From contig SMSO01000035.1 of NCBI GenBank assembly GCA_004764695.1, forward strand, positions 1,736,001 through 1,800,000: DNA of 64,000 nucleotides. The letters run 5' to 3'. The position numbers and the translations under genes were made by a program. Below, in pieces: positions 32,894 through 45,201 of this stretch. How positions within the stretch are numbered: position 1 is the stretch's first letter; every line of letters starts with the position of its first letter. This stretch comes from Schizochytrium sp. TIO01. Taxonomy: Eukaryota > Protista > Bigyra: Labyrinthulomycetes. Below the pieces are notes generated by a model. It saw only the letters and a list, made by a program, of their open reading frames with translations. It was not told where the DNA came from and searched no databases.

Positions 32894-33790
32894 TTACTGG
32901 TCGCAGGAGAACCTGTTGATGACTGCGTCCATGATGCCCTCCATTCCCTTGGGCACCTGGACCTTCTTCAAGTGCTGTTGGGCCTTGAGGTTAAGTGCCG
33001 TGTTGAGGTTTCTCTGCACCAGTGCAGTAACATCGTCAGTACCAGCATTGTTTTTGCCCTTCTTCTTCTTAGACGCATCTCCCTCAGCGCCACGTGCCCA
33101 CTCATCGAGCGCCCTCGTGACTAGCATGAGACCCCAAAGAGCCCTCGGGTTAGCCTTGCCCTCCTTGAGGTGCAAGCTATGGCTAAAGTACTTCCTAGCA
33201 TCCAGCACATTCACCACATCTCCTCCGAGTGAGAATTTTGCCTCTGCCAGTGCCATGGGACTAATGTAGCTGTGAGGGTCGCACATAATGACTTCCTCGA
33301 GGCAGTAAACGGCAGAACGGAAGCTACCAGCCTCGACGTGCATGAGTGCAAGCTCCTTCCAGGCCTCAGCGTCGGCCTGAAAAACGTCAAGGTACTTGGT
33401 GAGCTGCGCGATAGCCTCAGAGGGCTTGTTAGTAGCCTTCAATAGGCACACCTTGCGCTTGAAAGCGAGCATATTCACCTCGTTTTCCTTGATGAGTGCA
33501 TCGTAGACAGCAGCAGCCTCCTTGACGCTGCCCTGGGCCTCCAAATAGAGACCACGTAACCTGGCTGCCCGCTGGGATTCGGGGAAAGACTCTTCGATTT
33601 CCTTTAACATAGAGCCTGCAACTGAAAGGTTGTTGCAGTCTAGAGCAGCGAGAAAAACCTGCTCGCGAACGGACCACTGGTCGGTTGACAAACGGGAGAG
33701 ACGCTGTCGCAGAAGATCGGTGCCAATGGCAACGACTTCAGAGGCCTCCGAACGTGAACCATCTTTGCGCTTCTCGGCGAGGAACTCCAT
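32894..33790 (-). CDS. EMC2: ER membrane protein complex subunit 2 (TPR protein)
   Basis: WSVREQVFLAALD, FPESQRAARLRGLYLEA, YLDVFQADAEAWKELA, ARKYFSHSL and RALWGL match EMC2/TTC35 conserved blocks. ATG at 33790. Confidence 0.9.
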   Translation of the reverse strand: MEFLAEKRKDGSRSEASEVVAIGTDLLRQRLSRLSTDQWSVREQVFLAALDCNNLSVAGSMLKEIEESFPESQRAARLRGLYLEAQGSVKEAAAVYDALIKENEVNMLAFKRKVCLLKATNKPSEAIAQLTKYLDVFQADAEAWKELALMHVEAGSFRSAVYCLEEVIMCDPHSYISPMALAEAKFSLGGDVVNVLDARKYFSHSLHLKEGKANPRALWGLMLVTRALDEWARGAEGDASKKKKGKNNAGTDDVTALVQRNLNTALNLKAQQHLKKVQVPKGMEGIMDAVINRFSCDQ

Positions 33791-36700
33791 AGTGAGGGTA
33801 AGGCAAAAATACACAAAGACAACGAGAAGGGGGGATACGCGCGAAGAAAGAGGTCGAAGGAGAAAGCGCGAGAGAAGGATGGATGGATGAAGAGTTGAAG
33901 AGGAAACTCTGAACGATGAAGCAGCAGCGAAGATACGAGAAAAGAAGGGAGTAGAGCAGAGGGGTCAGCAGAAAGACAGAGAGCGCCAACTGGAGGACAC
34001 TTATAATAGGTTGCAGATGTGCAAGAGTGGAACCGCGACCGACGAGCGGCAGAGTCTGCACAAGATGCCACCTCGACGATGTGCTTGTACCTGTATTTTA
34101 TCCTTGTTATTTACTTAGTTATTATTTTTTTAATTAAAATTAAATAACAAAAAATGTCCTTTATACATCTAGCTACTAGCATATGATAAATATTATCTAG
34201 CGCTTACTAAGTCTTGAATGATGTGAAGAAGGAGATTATCGTTATTATTCTTGTATCTAAATAGATATTTATTTCATGTTGACTTTTTGTTTTAAATCAC
34301 TTGATATTATTATCAAACAAGACAAAAACAGTTTGTAAATAGACGTTTACAATAGATTTTGGTGCTATAGAATAAATAATACAAGTTAAAATATGAAGCA
34401 CTTTTGACGGTCCAACCTGGCAAAGTGTGTACCGGTGAGATATGGCTAATGACGATGATGGAGGAGATATGGGCTTGAGTGAGTTCGGGAAGTGCAATAA
34501 ATGAATTCACTGCTTTAGTAAAATGCGGATTTGACGTGTCATGGAGTCAGTTAAAATAACAAGGAAAAAGGCGCGTAGAAGGTTAGCTAAAAAAAGCTGA
34601 AGACCTTTTTTTTTGCAATTGCAACAATAGTCAATTTAGTTAGGAAATAACTCGGCCATATAAAACAATACGACATGCACCATAGGGAAGGGTTTCTTCA
34701 AATTGTATCACATATGTCTGTCCTAACTCTTATTGGTTCTTAGGTTTTGCACATCTTTTAGCCTTGCAAGATCTTGTGCTAGTGTAGTTTCCATTTTCCT
34801 GTTCAATATGCAAATTGTTATTTCTTGTTTCCGAACGCCAAATCCTAGACGATTATGATATAAAGAAGACACAGCATTTTCATTAAAAAAGGCAGTTATT
34901 TCTCAGAATATTCAAAGAGTAGAGTGTATTGTAATTGCTAAGAGTAGGTTCAGAAATAGCAATGCGACATTATTATAACTGTTGTGAGGATTTTTCTAAT
35001 GATGCAAATATCTTGTGAACTTGACACGAAGAGAGATATAGTGGCGTGCATAGATGATCGCCTCCCTCCTCAATCGCCATATCTTTCCGAGATCTAGATT
35101 TATCACAAGGTTCGCCTCTGCCATCGGCCGTATTTTATATGCTTCTACTTGTTGTCTCTAATTTGAAACGATAAACATAATAATGATACTTATAGGAAAT
35201 GTGATACCGGTTTTAAGGTAAACTACACATTTTGCTTCAAAATCTGCACGTTTATCTAGAATTCGAGCAAACATAGTACTGGTTTGGCAGGTAAATCATA
35301 TAATTGAAAGATTGGGGTTTTCCTAGCCTGACAAGGAAGAAAAAATATTCGGTCCTCGAAACACCATTTAATCTTGTATGTCCATGTTCCATTCAACAGA
35401 TTGTAGATTTTCGGTTCCTCTTATGGTTTGTGTGGCAGTTTGTTTATAAATAAACATCTTATTTTACAATCTTTCACTATCACTTTCACTATCCTCGTTA
35501 TGCATGGACTATGCTTATTGTTCTCTGCAACAGTGAGGGGAACTCATGAAGCATGGTTCAATGGGAAGATATGTATATGATGAACCTATATATACATACT
35601 ATACCTTGATTCAGGAATCTTTTCTGGTCAACAGTGGCGTTTCTACCCCATCAGAAAATAAGTATTATACTTGTTTATCCACGATCTTTCGTGAATATCC
35701 GAAGCCGCATCTAATTGTTGCAATCTTTGCTCTGGCCACTTAGGTTAAAGCTATTGAAAAATGTACGACTTTAAACCCTGTGCGTTCAAGCTGGGCAGTT
35801 TCTATCGTTCGCTGGAACTGCTGGGCATGCATGGAGTAACGATATGAATTTAAGACTCACCCACCACAGGTAAAGGCAAAAAACAAAAACAAAAAACTAA
35901 ATAATGTGAAGAAAGCAGGTAAAGAAACAGTGAAGAAACATGAGAACCTAATACTAGACCTAATCCTCTTAGGCCTTTGTCCTCACGCTTGGCTAGGTAT
36001 CACAAATAGCATGCTCAATTCTACTAGGCTTGATTATTTAGGTTTTGAAAAGCTGCTCATTATCACTACCCAACCTGGAATTTATCCAAACTTGAAAGCG
36101 AGCCTACCCTACCTAGTAGGGATTGTTAGATACTAATTTTTTCAATATTTGTTCTTTTTCGATTACTTTGCACGTTTGTACGTGCTAGGACTCATATCTC
36201 GTTACCAAGCTGATCTTTTCTCATATGATGTGGGTTGTTGATGCAGTTCACTTGCTTGCAAGCGTTTGAAGATGTAACCATGAGGGAGAAGAAGCAGATG
36301 TTTCTGCCTGGAATCTCAATAACATGATCATTGTTACAAGTGTTCTGTTCAAAAGATGCTGCGTTTCACTATTCTGAACGCTACGCACCCATCAGCTTTG
36401 GCTCGCTGACCTTTTAGCTTCGGCGCAGAAGAACGGTGCCCGGGGGGGTTCTTGGAATGACGGTAATTTTCCATAGAAGCTGCACTTTATACTTCAATAT
36501 CGACCTCGATCTCAAATTAAAAGAAACAAACGACAAGTTGCGAAGTGGTAATTTAATCTTCGCACAACCCGATGGGTGCACTTAGAGAGAAGAGAAAGAT
36601 ATCTCTAGTAGGTGCCTAGGTAGATTAGGTAGGTACCTACCTAGAACGAAGTTGCCACTATAATGCAATATGATTCACGCAGCGAATTTTTGGTGGATGG

Positions 36701-36916
36701 CAGCCGAAACGATGGGAGCTGGGTCGCTCAAAGTTGGCAATGATGCTGCTGCTGCGGACGGCGTAAGTCGAGGCTTGACAAAAATTCCCTGTGCCAATGA
36801 AATGTTTGGTCTAATTTGCTTATGAGCCAAAACAAGAACTCCAATTTGCGTGAATCCGGAAAGGAAATTCCTACTAGCGTGAGCTATAGAAATCCATACA
36901 GATGAAGGCTCGCACC

Positions 36917-36954
36917 CAAATTTAGTTGAGTCAAATTTAGTTGAGTCAAATTTA
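36917..36954. repeat. 15-bp tandem duplication CAAATTTAGTTGAGT x2.5
   Basis: Read directly. Confidence 0.85.
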
Positions 36955-37329
36955 CGAAGCCTTTATTGCGCTGCTTTAAATTATCGAATAAGTTTTGTTC
37001 TGAAGTTTGCTTAAATTGTATGCTATGTGTTGCTTCTTGACAAACCGCACCAATGTTGATGCTTAAAGCTGTCCATCTTGATCGGCGACTTTCAGGAATC
37101 CACTGGCAGCAGTGGCCCTTGCAGACAACTCTAATAGGTAAGTCGCCCAAATACGTTGCCAGTTTGCGTGAAAGCAACCAAATCTCGGTAGAAGGCAACC
37201 TACGCTCGAACTTGAAGTTTGAGCCAACCAGTTAATCAGTCGCTAGTGCAATTGCAATTTGGAGTCATACTACCATGTGGTAGGTACGACGCCCTTTTCT
37301 GCCAATATTCTAACGCAATACTTCTGATG

Positions 37330-38250
37330 TGTGAAAACTAATGTGCGTCCTCAAGTGCAGTGCCGTCATCCACGAATAACGATCCAGTTGCACCCACAAT
37401 TATCGATACTCTCAGCTAGTCGAAGGAAAGCTGTGGTGTTCTCGCGTCAAGATTATTTCAGCCATTGTATCATCCTTCGGTATTCTAAGTTTCACTTGGT
37501 TAGCGAGAACGGAAAATTGTGCGACGAAGATGATGTCAACGAAGTATCTACTAGCAAGGTGCTGTACAGTCCTACTGTAATAGGCATTGAGAGGCTCCTC
37601 AAAAAGTGCGAGATTCCGAAATGGTCAGCACGCCCCCGAATTGGAGCTTGGAAATCGCGGACTGTGCAGCCTCGATCTTGTTGCAGCGGGGGGCAAGTTC
37701 AAGCATCATAGAATCGACTACCTTACTTAGAGCCTAGCTAGATACTTGTCTGCCTGTGTCTTGATCTGTTTTCAAGACAGAGTCAACCTTCAAGTTGGTG
37801 AACTGCGTCCTTGGGGTGGGAAAAGTTCTTCATTGTTGTCATGGTCACTCTTTACAGCAAGGTGATGATCTCGAGGCCTAAACTTGCCAGATCAACCTGT
37901 GGCTGGCGGCCTTGGAACAGGCTAGTTTGACTTCAGCAAACAAACTTGAGAAGACTCAATCGCAGTTCGACGCACTGGATGGAGACGAACTTTAAAGTCT
38001 CGAAAAGTTCATTGCTGCACGCACGTGCACACCCCCTCTTCTTGGAGTGAAAAACTTGAAGAGCCGAAGTTTCAGGCAATTCTGCTCAAACAGAGACTTT
38101 GACAGATCCTGACGGGTGGTGGGGACATGATAACATGGCGAACGTAAGCCAGCACGTTCGTTATACAGGCCCAGACAAAAGCTGAGCGTGCGCAGCAAAT
38201 AGCTCAGCGGTACTGGTGGATAGAGATCCTTCGAGCCGGCGTTCCATGAG
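37330..38250 (+). pseudogene. Decayed coding relic, possibly the C-terminal region of a Roco/COR-type protein
   Basis: STFKLVNCVLGVGKVL...DDLEA*TCQINLWLAALEQASL...QFDALDGDEL*SLEKFIAAR. Family assignment is weak, from recalled similarity only. Confidence 0.3.
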
Positions 38251-41200
38251 TATATAGGCTGCGATCTTAGGCCGAGGTACTCTAGCTAGTTTAAAGTAGT
38301 CTTTGCATCATATGGAGCACATTAAGTGTATTTCATCTCAAGTCTTAACTTTAAATTCAATGAATATTTGCAAAACTCCTTTGAAATTAATCTTCATCAA
38401 AGAAAGATCAAATCCATCGAGGTGAGGGAGTTGCAACCTTTGAGATCCTCTTTGCAATCCCCCTTTTTGCAGGAAGAAGAACTCTAAATAAAAGGAGAGG
38501 ATGACTCGTAAGAACTTCAAGGTGAGGAAATTGAGCTGACCCTATCGACGATGGCTTGCTTGCCGAAAGAAGCACTGACCGCCAACCGACTACTGGACTC
38601 CGACTTTTAAATTCACGAGCCTCCGGTGGAAATCAACGTCGGAGTTGGCTTTCACCAATGAATATCACAACGGCGCCCAAGAATCAACCATTCATGTGGA
38701 CACCTGATTAGGGATACACATTCAGTGCTGTGTTAAACTTTTTGCTGAAAAAAAAATGAAAGAAAGAAAAAAAGTAGTACGTAGGAATAATAAAGTTATC
38801 ATGGTATTTATTAGAACACTCACTTGCATGCACGTGCGTCACTAAATAGCTGCACTTGCCTCCTTCAGAAACTGAGTTTATATTTGATTTCCACAAATTT
38901 AAAGATAACTCAGCCAGACTAGAAGCCCCCCCCCCCCCCCAAAAAAAAAAAACAATACTGGGTACGTCATCTTCGCTAGATCCAAGGCAGAGCCAAAAAG
39001 TTGTTTGTTTCTTCAGAAGTAAGTCAGAAAAGCTCAAGCGCAGAAAATAAGAAGCAAATTTCTTGAATTCCTTCATTTTATATCGCCTATTCCAAGGTCA
39101 TCAAACAAACTACTGCCAGCTAGCTAGCTGCTCGTATCAAGGTACCTAGTCATTCTCGCAATATAGTGAACGCTATCAACTTCGCAACAGCAGAAACCGC
39201 TTTCCGACTCTCGCGGTGTCCAAGAGTCACCATCATCCGAGAGTTCCACAGCACTCTTGATATCTTCGCTGGCAGGGACTTCAATCCCTATCAATACATA
39301 CAGCAATTACTTTCACTCAGCAATCATGAAGTGCCAAGTGGCTCGGATCTTCTTCTTCTGTTTCACAATAGCGCGGTTTCCCCGACCGCTAACCGGACTA
39401 ACTAGCATCGCCAACCCACCTTATACACCCAACATCACAATACTGACCCCACCTCGGATTAAACATGAATAAGGCGGTAGTCCAGCTTTAGGAGATGTGC
39501 CAAATAAACAATCGACGCGATTTAAGTCGAAGCTTGAGGCGAGCCGGACCATGCAGACTGCACAACTCGCGCAACCAGGGATAGCAGCAATGTGGTCAGC
39601 GACAAAATCCGGCTGCCATTGTAAACCTGTATCATGTGTATAATTGCAAAGTGACTTGTCTTGGTGGTTCCAAAGAGAACGGCGAACTACTCATGAAAAA
39701 TGAAGGAAACAGCCTCGATCGAAGGTGATCTTATTTTATTCATTTGCCGCTCGCTTGCTGGCTTGCTGTCAGACGCCCTAAGCATGGCGCGAGGCACGTA
39801 TTTGAATGCGGGCGGAGCAATGGCTGCTGCTCATTTTTGGTGGCGCAGAGGTTACGAGCAATCGCTGCGACTCGAGCTTTCCCGCGGCCTGATCTTCGGA
39901 AACCCCAGAAAGCAGCACTGCTTTTGTTCTCTTACACTCCTTATACACGTGCTAACTAACTACCAGGCGCAGAGGAGACAGCCGCAATGATGCAACCGTA
40001 GTGTTACACTTAGCGGGGTGGCTACAGAGCGAGAGACTGCGTCAGAACTACCAACCAAATGGTAAGACTGCCTACCGTAAACCATAGCACCCCTCCACTT
40101 CTCCTGGTAACCTTTTCCTGATTTTAACAAAGAGAGGGCTTCACTCTGAGGCCGAAGAGCGCTAAGAGCCCACTAGATCTGCCTAGCGCCAAGGCAGACA
40201 AGTAAACAGAACCTAATCCTTACTGAGGCGCCGAATAGAACGGCACGGTAGGAGCGTCTGTGGGTAACAGTAGGAGGGAGGAGGTGTTCTGAAGCCTGTT
40301 CTTCCTGGGAGGTGGAACGGGGATGGTATTGGAGAGAGGGAGGGATTGTTTGAAAGAGGAACAGCTGAAGTTTCAAAAGCGGTGCGAGCAAATCGCTAAC
40401 GATGGACTGCCGCCGACCAGAGTTTCCGCAAATCCAGCCTATCACCTTGTTGCGCTGCCGCTGTAGAGCAGGCTGCTGCCGACCGACCGACTGACGCCTG
40501 CCGGGCTGTCTGTTCGAGGAGAGGACCGCGTCTGCAGAAGATTGCAGGGACATCATCCGCCTTCCCGTGCTCAATTTACTACATTGGTTTGAGCGGTTCA
40601 TTCAAATCGATCAGTATTTGAAAACACGTGGGATTCATAGGGCTACCGAGGACTAGTACCTTATATAGGATAATCTATAGCGGAGACCTACGAGTTGGCC
40701 GCCTTGTTATTGGGGAGATTTTGCAGGAAAGGAATTGACAGTCGAGGTGCCGACAGACCCCCCGACATTAGCGTTTCTTCGCTCGAGTGCAGGAAGACGA
40801 ACCCCATTGCTGTTTGATCCTTAGTTGATTGCTTGTTTGTTCGCCGCTGCTTATTTGTTCGCCGCAGGGAGGTCTCCATCACCGCGTGCGTAATTTGAAG
40901 TGAAGAGAGCTCCGTGGACCAAAGCAAATCCCAAATAGTTCAACTTTGGCGGGCTGGCGAGTGAGCCTTTATAGTTGAGCCTCTTCTCGCACAGCGTCTA
41001 TCTCAATCGCTTAATTTCTAGCGACGCGAGAGAAAACAGATACCCCCAACAGGCAATTATCTGAAGTGCCTTGCCCTGCATCAGAACGAGACCCAGAAAT
41101 TAGCTGCTCCTCAAGATTGGGACCTGCCCATTTCGATCAGAATAGCCAAGCTCTGCAGCAGCAGTAGCAGCAGCCCAAGCTTTTTCGAAGGGTTAATCTG

Positions 41201-42174
41201 CCGTTGAAGTGGTTGACCTCTCCGGTTCTCTACATTCTACAAGGTTTTGTCCCGTAAGGCCTTTACGACCTACCTGACGCTCTCAACTTGAGAGAGGAGA
41301 ATTCCATTCCAATCTGTTGCAGGTTAGAGCACTGCTTGTGCGCATATAGAGCACTTCCTACTAAGGCTCAACTATAGCCATCCCTAAGTTCCGTCTACGT
41401 TCTGCAGAACTGCACACGATAAGCGCCTCATAGTTATAACCTTAGCACACGGTTGGGTTCCGCAAGCACTGGCGCCGAGCGATCGATCTCTGCTCGTTCT
41501 GGATCGGTTCTAGTTCTAGGGCCTTTGAGATACTGCTTGATCATCGCTCACGGTGGCTTGACCCTGAAATCCGGGCGAGGGATCCGAAGCTCCACACGTG
41601 TTGTCCAAGCATTTGAACGTGGCTCGGAGCCTGCAAGTTGAAGTTATTTCTTCATCTGATCTGCTTTCCAGACAGAGCCTTGCGTTCTGCAAGTTGCCAG
41701 CTCGTGGCCACCTACCAGAACCCTCACTAGCAGTCACATATCTGCCCAGTAGCGAGACGATCTTGACCAGCGTAGTAAGAGTCGCTATAGCGAACTCTCT
41801 AAGGCAATCAGTTGGATCAGAGGAACTCATTTGAGACGTGCTACTTAGGCTCTTCGTCTCTGAAACCTTTGGAGCCCTGTGAATTCTTTGAGGGATTGAA
41901 GGAGGAGAGACAAAGCCGTGCGGTTTGTATTAAGCTACCGCTGTAGACCAACCAACCGACCAATCAACGAACCAATCAATCGCTTCGCTCGACTTGATTT
42001 TGAGGAACGCAATTGCCCAGGTACGACTTTTTTGTACTTGCTTACCTTCCAACTCTTCAATTGCATTATTGAGAATCGAGGGAGACGGAAGTTAGTAGTA
42101 GGAGTTAATTAGGGCGTGAATAGAAGTACGGCACTTGCAAGGATCTCGTTTAGGTCGTCGAGGAAGAAAGCAAG

Positions 42175-43830
42175 ATGATGTTCATTGACGGCAAACCCGC
42201 AACCCAATACCTTTTGACCGAACAAGAAAAAGCACTATTGCCAAAGAGAAACTTTGTCGTAAACAATAAGGGCGCTCAGTTTGCAGACTTGGTAAGACAA
42301 GGTCGTGAGCAAGCAGCTGCAACTCATAACACAGGAGAGGGAGAGAAGAAGAAAAGAAGAGCCTCTCTGGCCAGTCTTGACGGCATCAAAAGCGTGTGGC
42401 TTAGCAAGACCAGTGCTTCAACATCACGATTGGCACAAGACCAAGAAGACGACCTTGAGGTAGACGCCAGTGACGACGAAGAAGCTTTACCAACTACCTT
42501 TGAAGGAATCTCATCAAAGACAAAACGTGTCAGCAATCGACGTGGATCAATCTTTAGATTGCGGGCTTCATCAACGCGCAAACCAAGCCCTTCTGAAGAT
42601 CTTCAAGAGCAAGAACAACAAGAAGAGGAGCAAGCACCGTCATTAGGTGTAGAAGAAACCAGTCCAGACGCAGAACAGGAAGAGGAACTTGAGCAAGAAG
42701 ATCCCGAGATACAAACGCCCGAAGCAACTGAAGAACAAACGTCTGAGAGCAGCAGCCGTGCTAAGTTTAACTGGGTTCAGGATTTTTGGCAAAATCAGTG
42801 CAGCATGGGTGGCAGCAGCAACATGAACACGTCGGCATTCACGCGCAGTCGTCGCGCAAGCACAAGCTCTGCGCGCTCTGCCGGCAAATCCTACCGCTTC
42901 AGCACCTCGTCTGGCTCCTCTAGAGCTCGTGGCAGCTCTGCAGACGAGACACGTGCGGATCTTCCCTCCATCGCTGCCATGACTACCACTCTCGGTAGCT
43001 TCATGGGTCGGATGACAGCTATGTTTGAACAGGATGAGGCAGCACCCTCTTCTCCGCGGACGTCGTCTCGCTCTTCATGGCGGAACAACTTTGACCTTCC
43101 TGAGATGGAGCACCCACACATGGCCCGTCCTAGCTTGAGCGAGCGATTCACAATCCTTAAACAGCGCCTTCTCCATGGTGATTCGGGCGAGAGTCAGGAA
43201 CTCTACCAGCGCTTCGAGGCCATGATTCTTCTTCGTGCTCGCCTTGTCCATGCTCAAGAGCGTCTCGCAGAGCAGGTGACAAGCGCTAACCTCACTCTTG
43301 ATTCCCTCGCACAGTACAAGGATCTCGAAAGCCGCTCCACGGATAAGGGTCTTCGTGACGCTGTTGATCAGCTTCGTGATGTTATTGAGGCCGTCCAGGG
43401 CGTCACTCACTTTCGCGATGCAATTGCCTCGGTTGACGAGGCCCTGCACTTCAGAAAACTTCTCAAAGATTACCGCACCGTCTGGGACCGCCACCTGCGT
43501 AAGTCAGCCCACCTTGTTGAGGCTGCTGAAAAGGGTGCTAAGCTCTTGTACCCCCAGAGACGCCGTGTCGAAGAGTTTCATGAGCAGAACGAAATGTACA
43601 ATGAACATGCGAGAAATATGTGTCTCTTCATGGACAACCTCACCACTGAGTGCAAGACAGAAGACTCTATCATTGACGAGGTTCAGAGCGTACAATATGA
43701 GGTTTTTATGCGCTGGCGAGAGGTTCTTCGTTCTGAAAAGAAGGCCCACAAGATTCGTGCTGTGCAAGGTGCAGCTCTTTACGAACGTGCATGGAAAAAC
43801 TACGCAAACACCATGTCTGTTGTCTTTTAA
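42175..43830 (+). CDS. Hypothetical protein: disordered Ser/Glu-rich N-half with RRxS motifs and an all-helical, possibly BAR-like C-terminal domain
   Basis: 551-aa ORF with coding-like composition and long amphipathic helices in the last ~210 aa. The BAR assignment is inference. The N-terminus may be extended by splicing (see findings). Confidence 0.8.
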   Translation: MMFIDGKPATQYLLTEQEKALLPKRNFVVNNKGAQFADLVRQGREQAAATHNTGEGEKKKRRASLASLDGIKSVWLSKTSASTSRLAQDQEDDLEVDASDDEEALPTTFEGISSKTKRVSNRRGSIFRLRASSTRKPSPSEDLQEQEQQEEEQAPSLGVEETSPDAEQEEELEQEDPEIQTPEATEEQTSESSSRAKFNWVQDFWQNQCSMGGSSNMNTSAFTRSRRASTSSARSAGKSYRFSTSSGSSRARGSSADETRADLPSIAAMTTTLGSFMGRMTAMFEQDEAAPSSPRTSSRSSWRNNFDLPEMEHPHMARPSLSERFTILKQRLLHGDSGESQELYQRFEAMILLRARLVHAQERLAEQVTSANLTLDSLAQYKDLESRSTDKGLRDAVDQLRDVIEAVQGVTHFRDAIASVDEALHFRKLLKDYRTVWDRHLRKSAHLVEAAEKGAKLLYPQRRRVEEFHEQNEMYNEHARNMCLFMDNLTTECKTEDSIIDEVQSVQYEVFMRWREVLRSEKKAHKIRAVQGAALYERAWKNYANTMSVVF

Positions 43831-45201
43831 GAATATCTCTGTTACGTCTCATACAAACTACCACTCAGCGAAAATCTTTAAATCAGCTGTGTCTGGTCCA
43901 CCATATCGCGTGCCTCCTATAAGCCAGGCTTTACTTATATCTCGACATTCTCGTTGTATCTTCAGCAGTTTGCTCATTGTCTGACGCAAAGATAGCTCTT
44001 ACAAGTGATGATGAGATTTAATGTGACGCCATGTCATTAATTGGTATATCTGAACATCCTAAAACATCCTTTCGTATTCTAAATAACCATCAGAAATAAT
44101 TAATAATAATCCAAATGCATAATACCAAGAGAGATTGGAGAAAAGGTTGTTTCTCAACAACCCTACTATTACCTAGGTAGCTGACACAGTGTCAACTTCC
44201 ACCGAAGTAACTGCACTCTTGCTCTTTGCCCTTCCACTGCTAGCTAGCTTTCTCTTTGATTCGACTTGTGAAAATTGTGGTTTGCATCTTCACAAACTTC
44301 CTTCACAAGTCAGTCCCGAAGACTCACGAATAATGAATCAACTCTGTTTTGTTCCCCCGATTGTCTCCCATACTAACTGTGAATCCTATCTACTGCCTTT
44401 ACATGATTACTTTCACTCCTCCCAGTGCAAGCACACTCTTCTCCAAGTTGACTGTTTACGCATACTAAGAGGGCTAGTCTTTCCTGCTAAGAGGAAAAAT
44501 CCAGCAATGCAAAATATTTTCTCCATCTATGCTGCTCACGAATTGACGACCTTGCAATCCTTCAAGACCTATTCCCTTTATCACCATCACAGCTCAACTG
44601 AAGCTTGTACGTAGCCACGAATATTAAATGGACCTCTTTCAAGACGAGGCATTCTCATTATTATCCCAATGTCCAGTCTTGCATTTTCATTCGGTCTGCT
44701 CACGAATGACCAAAACAGAATTTAAAAGGTGTGTACTGAGTCCTGGACTATTTGCGTCCATTTATGGGCTGATTGTTGATTTCCAGACAGACAAGTCAGA
44801 CTGGAGCTTAGGTAGTCTCTGTGTGGATATTGTCCAGGCGGCAAGGGTCTGAAAGGTAAACCCTGATCGTTTACTTGCGTCGACGGTCGCATCTCGTAGG
44901 CAGGGTAAGTCATTCACAGCGTGGGTCTGTCTGTCCGCATACGTGTAAGTTGTCGCCAGGACTACAGGTACTGTGTGGAAACTTCTTCTTGAAATTGCTG
45001 AACAGAGCTTGTCTATACAAGAAATCAAGATCTGTGATACTCGACCCTTGACGAGGCGAGAGAAGAGAAGACAGAGTATATCAACAGCTCTCAGCTAGGA
45101 ACAAAAGAAACACAAGTAAGCAGGCAGTTTCAGAGAGCAACTTACTCAGCAGAAGGTAGAGCAGAGGTTAAGAACGCCTTGGTTCAAACGAGCTCAAGAC
45201 G

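Noticed and set aside
40173-40601. 142-aa minus-strand ORF with two GRRQS motifs
   Set aside because: No domain and mixed composition; could be chance or a fragment.
44189-45028. Short ORFs between the 42175 gene and the BART gene
   Set aside because: No motif or consistent frame on either strand.
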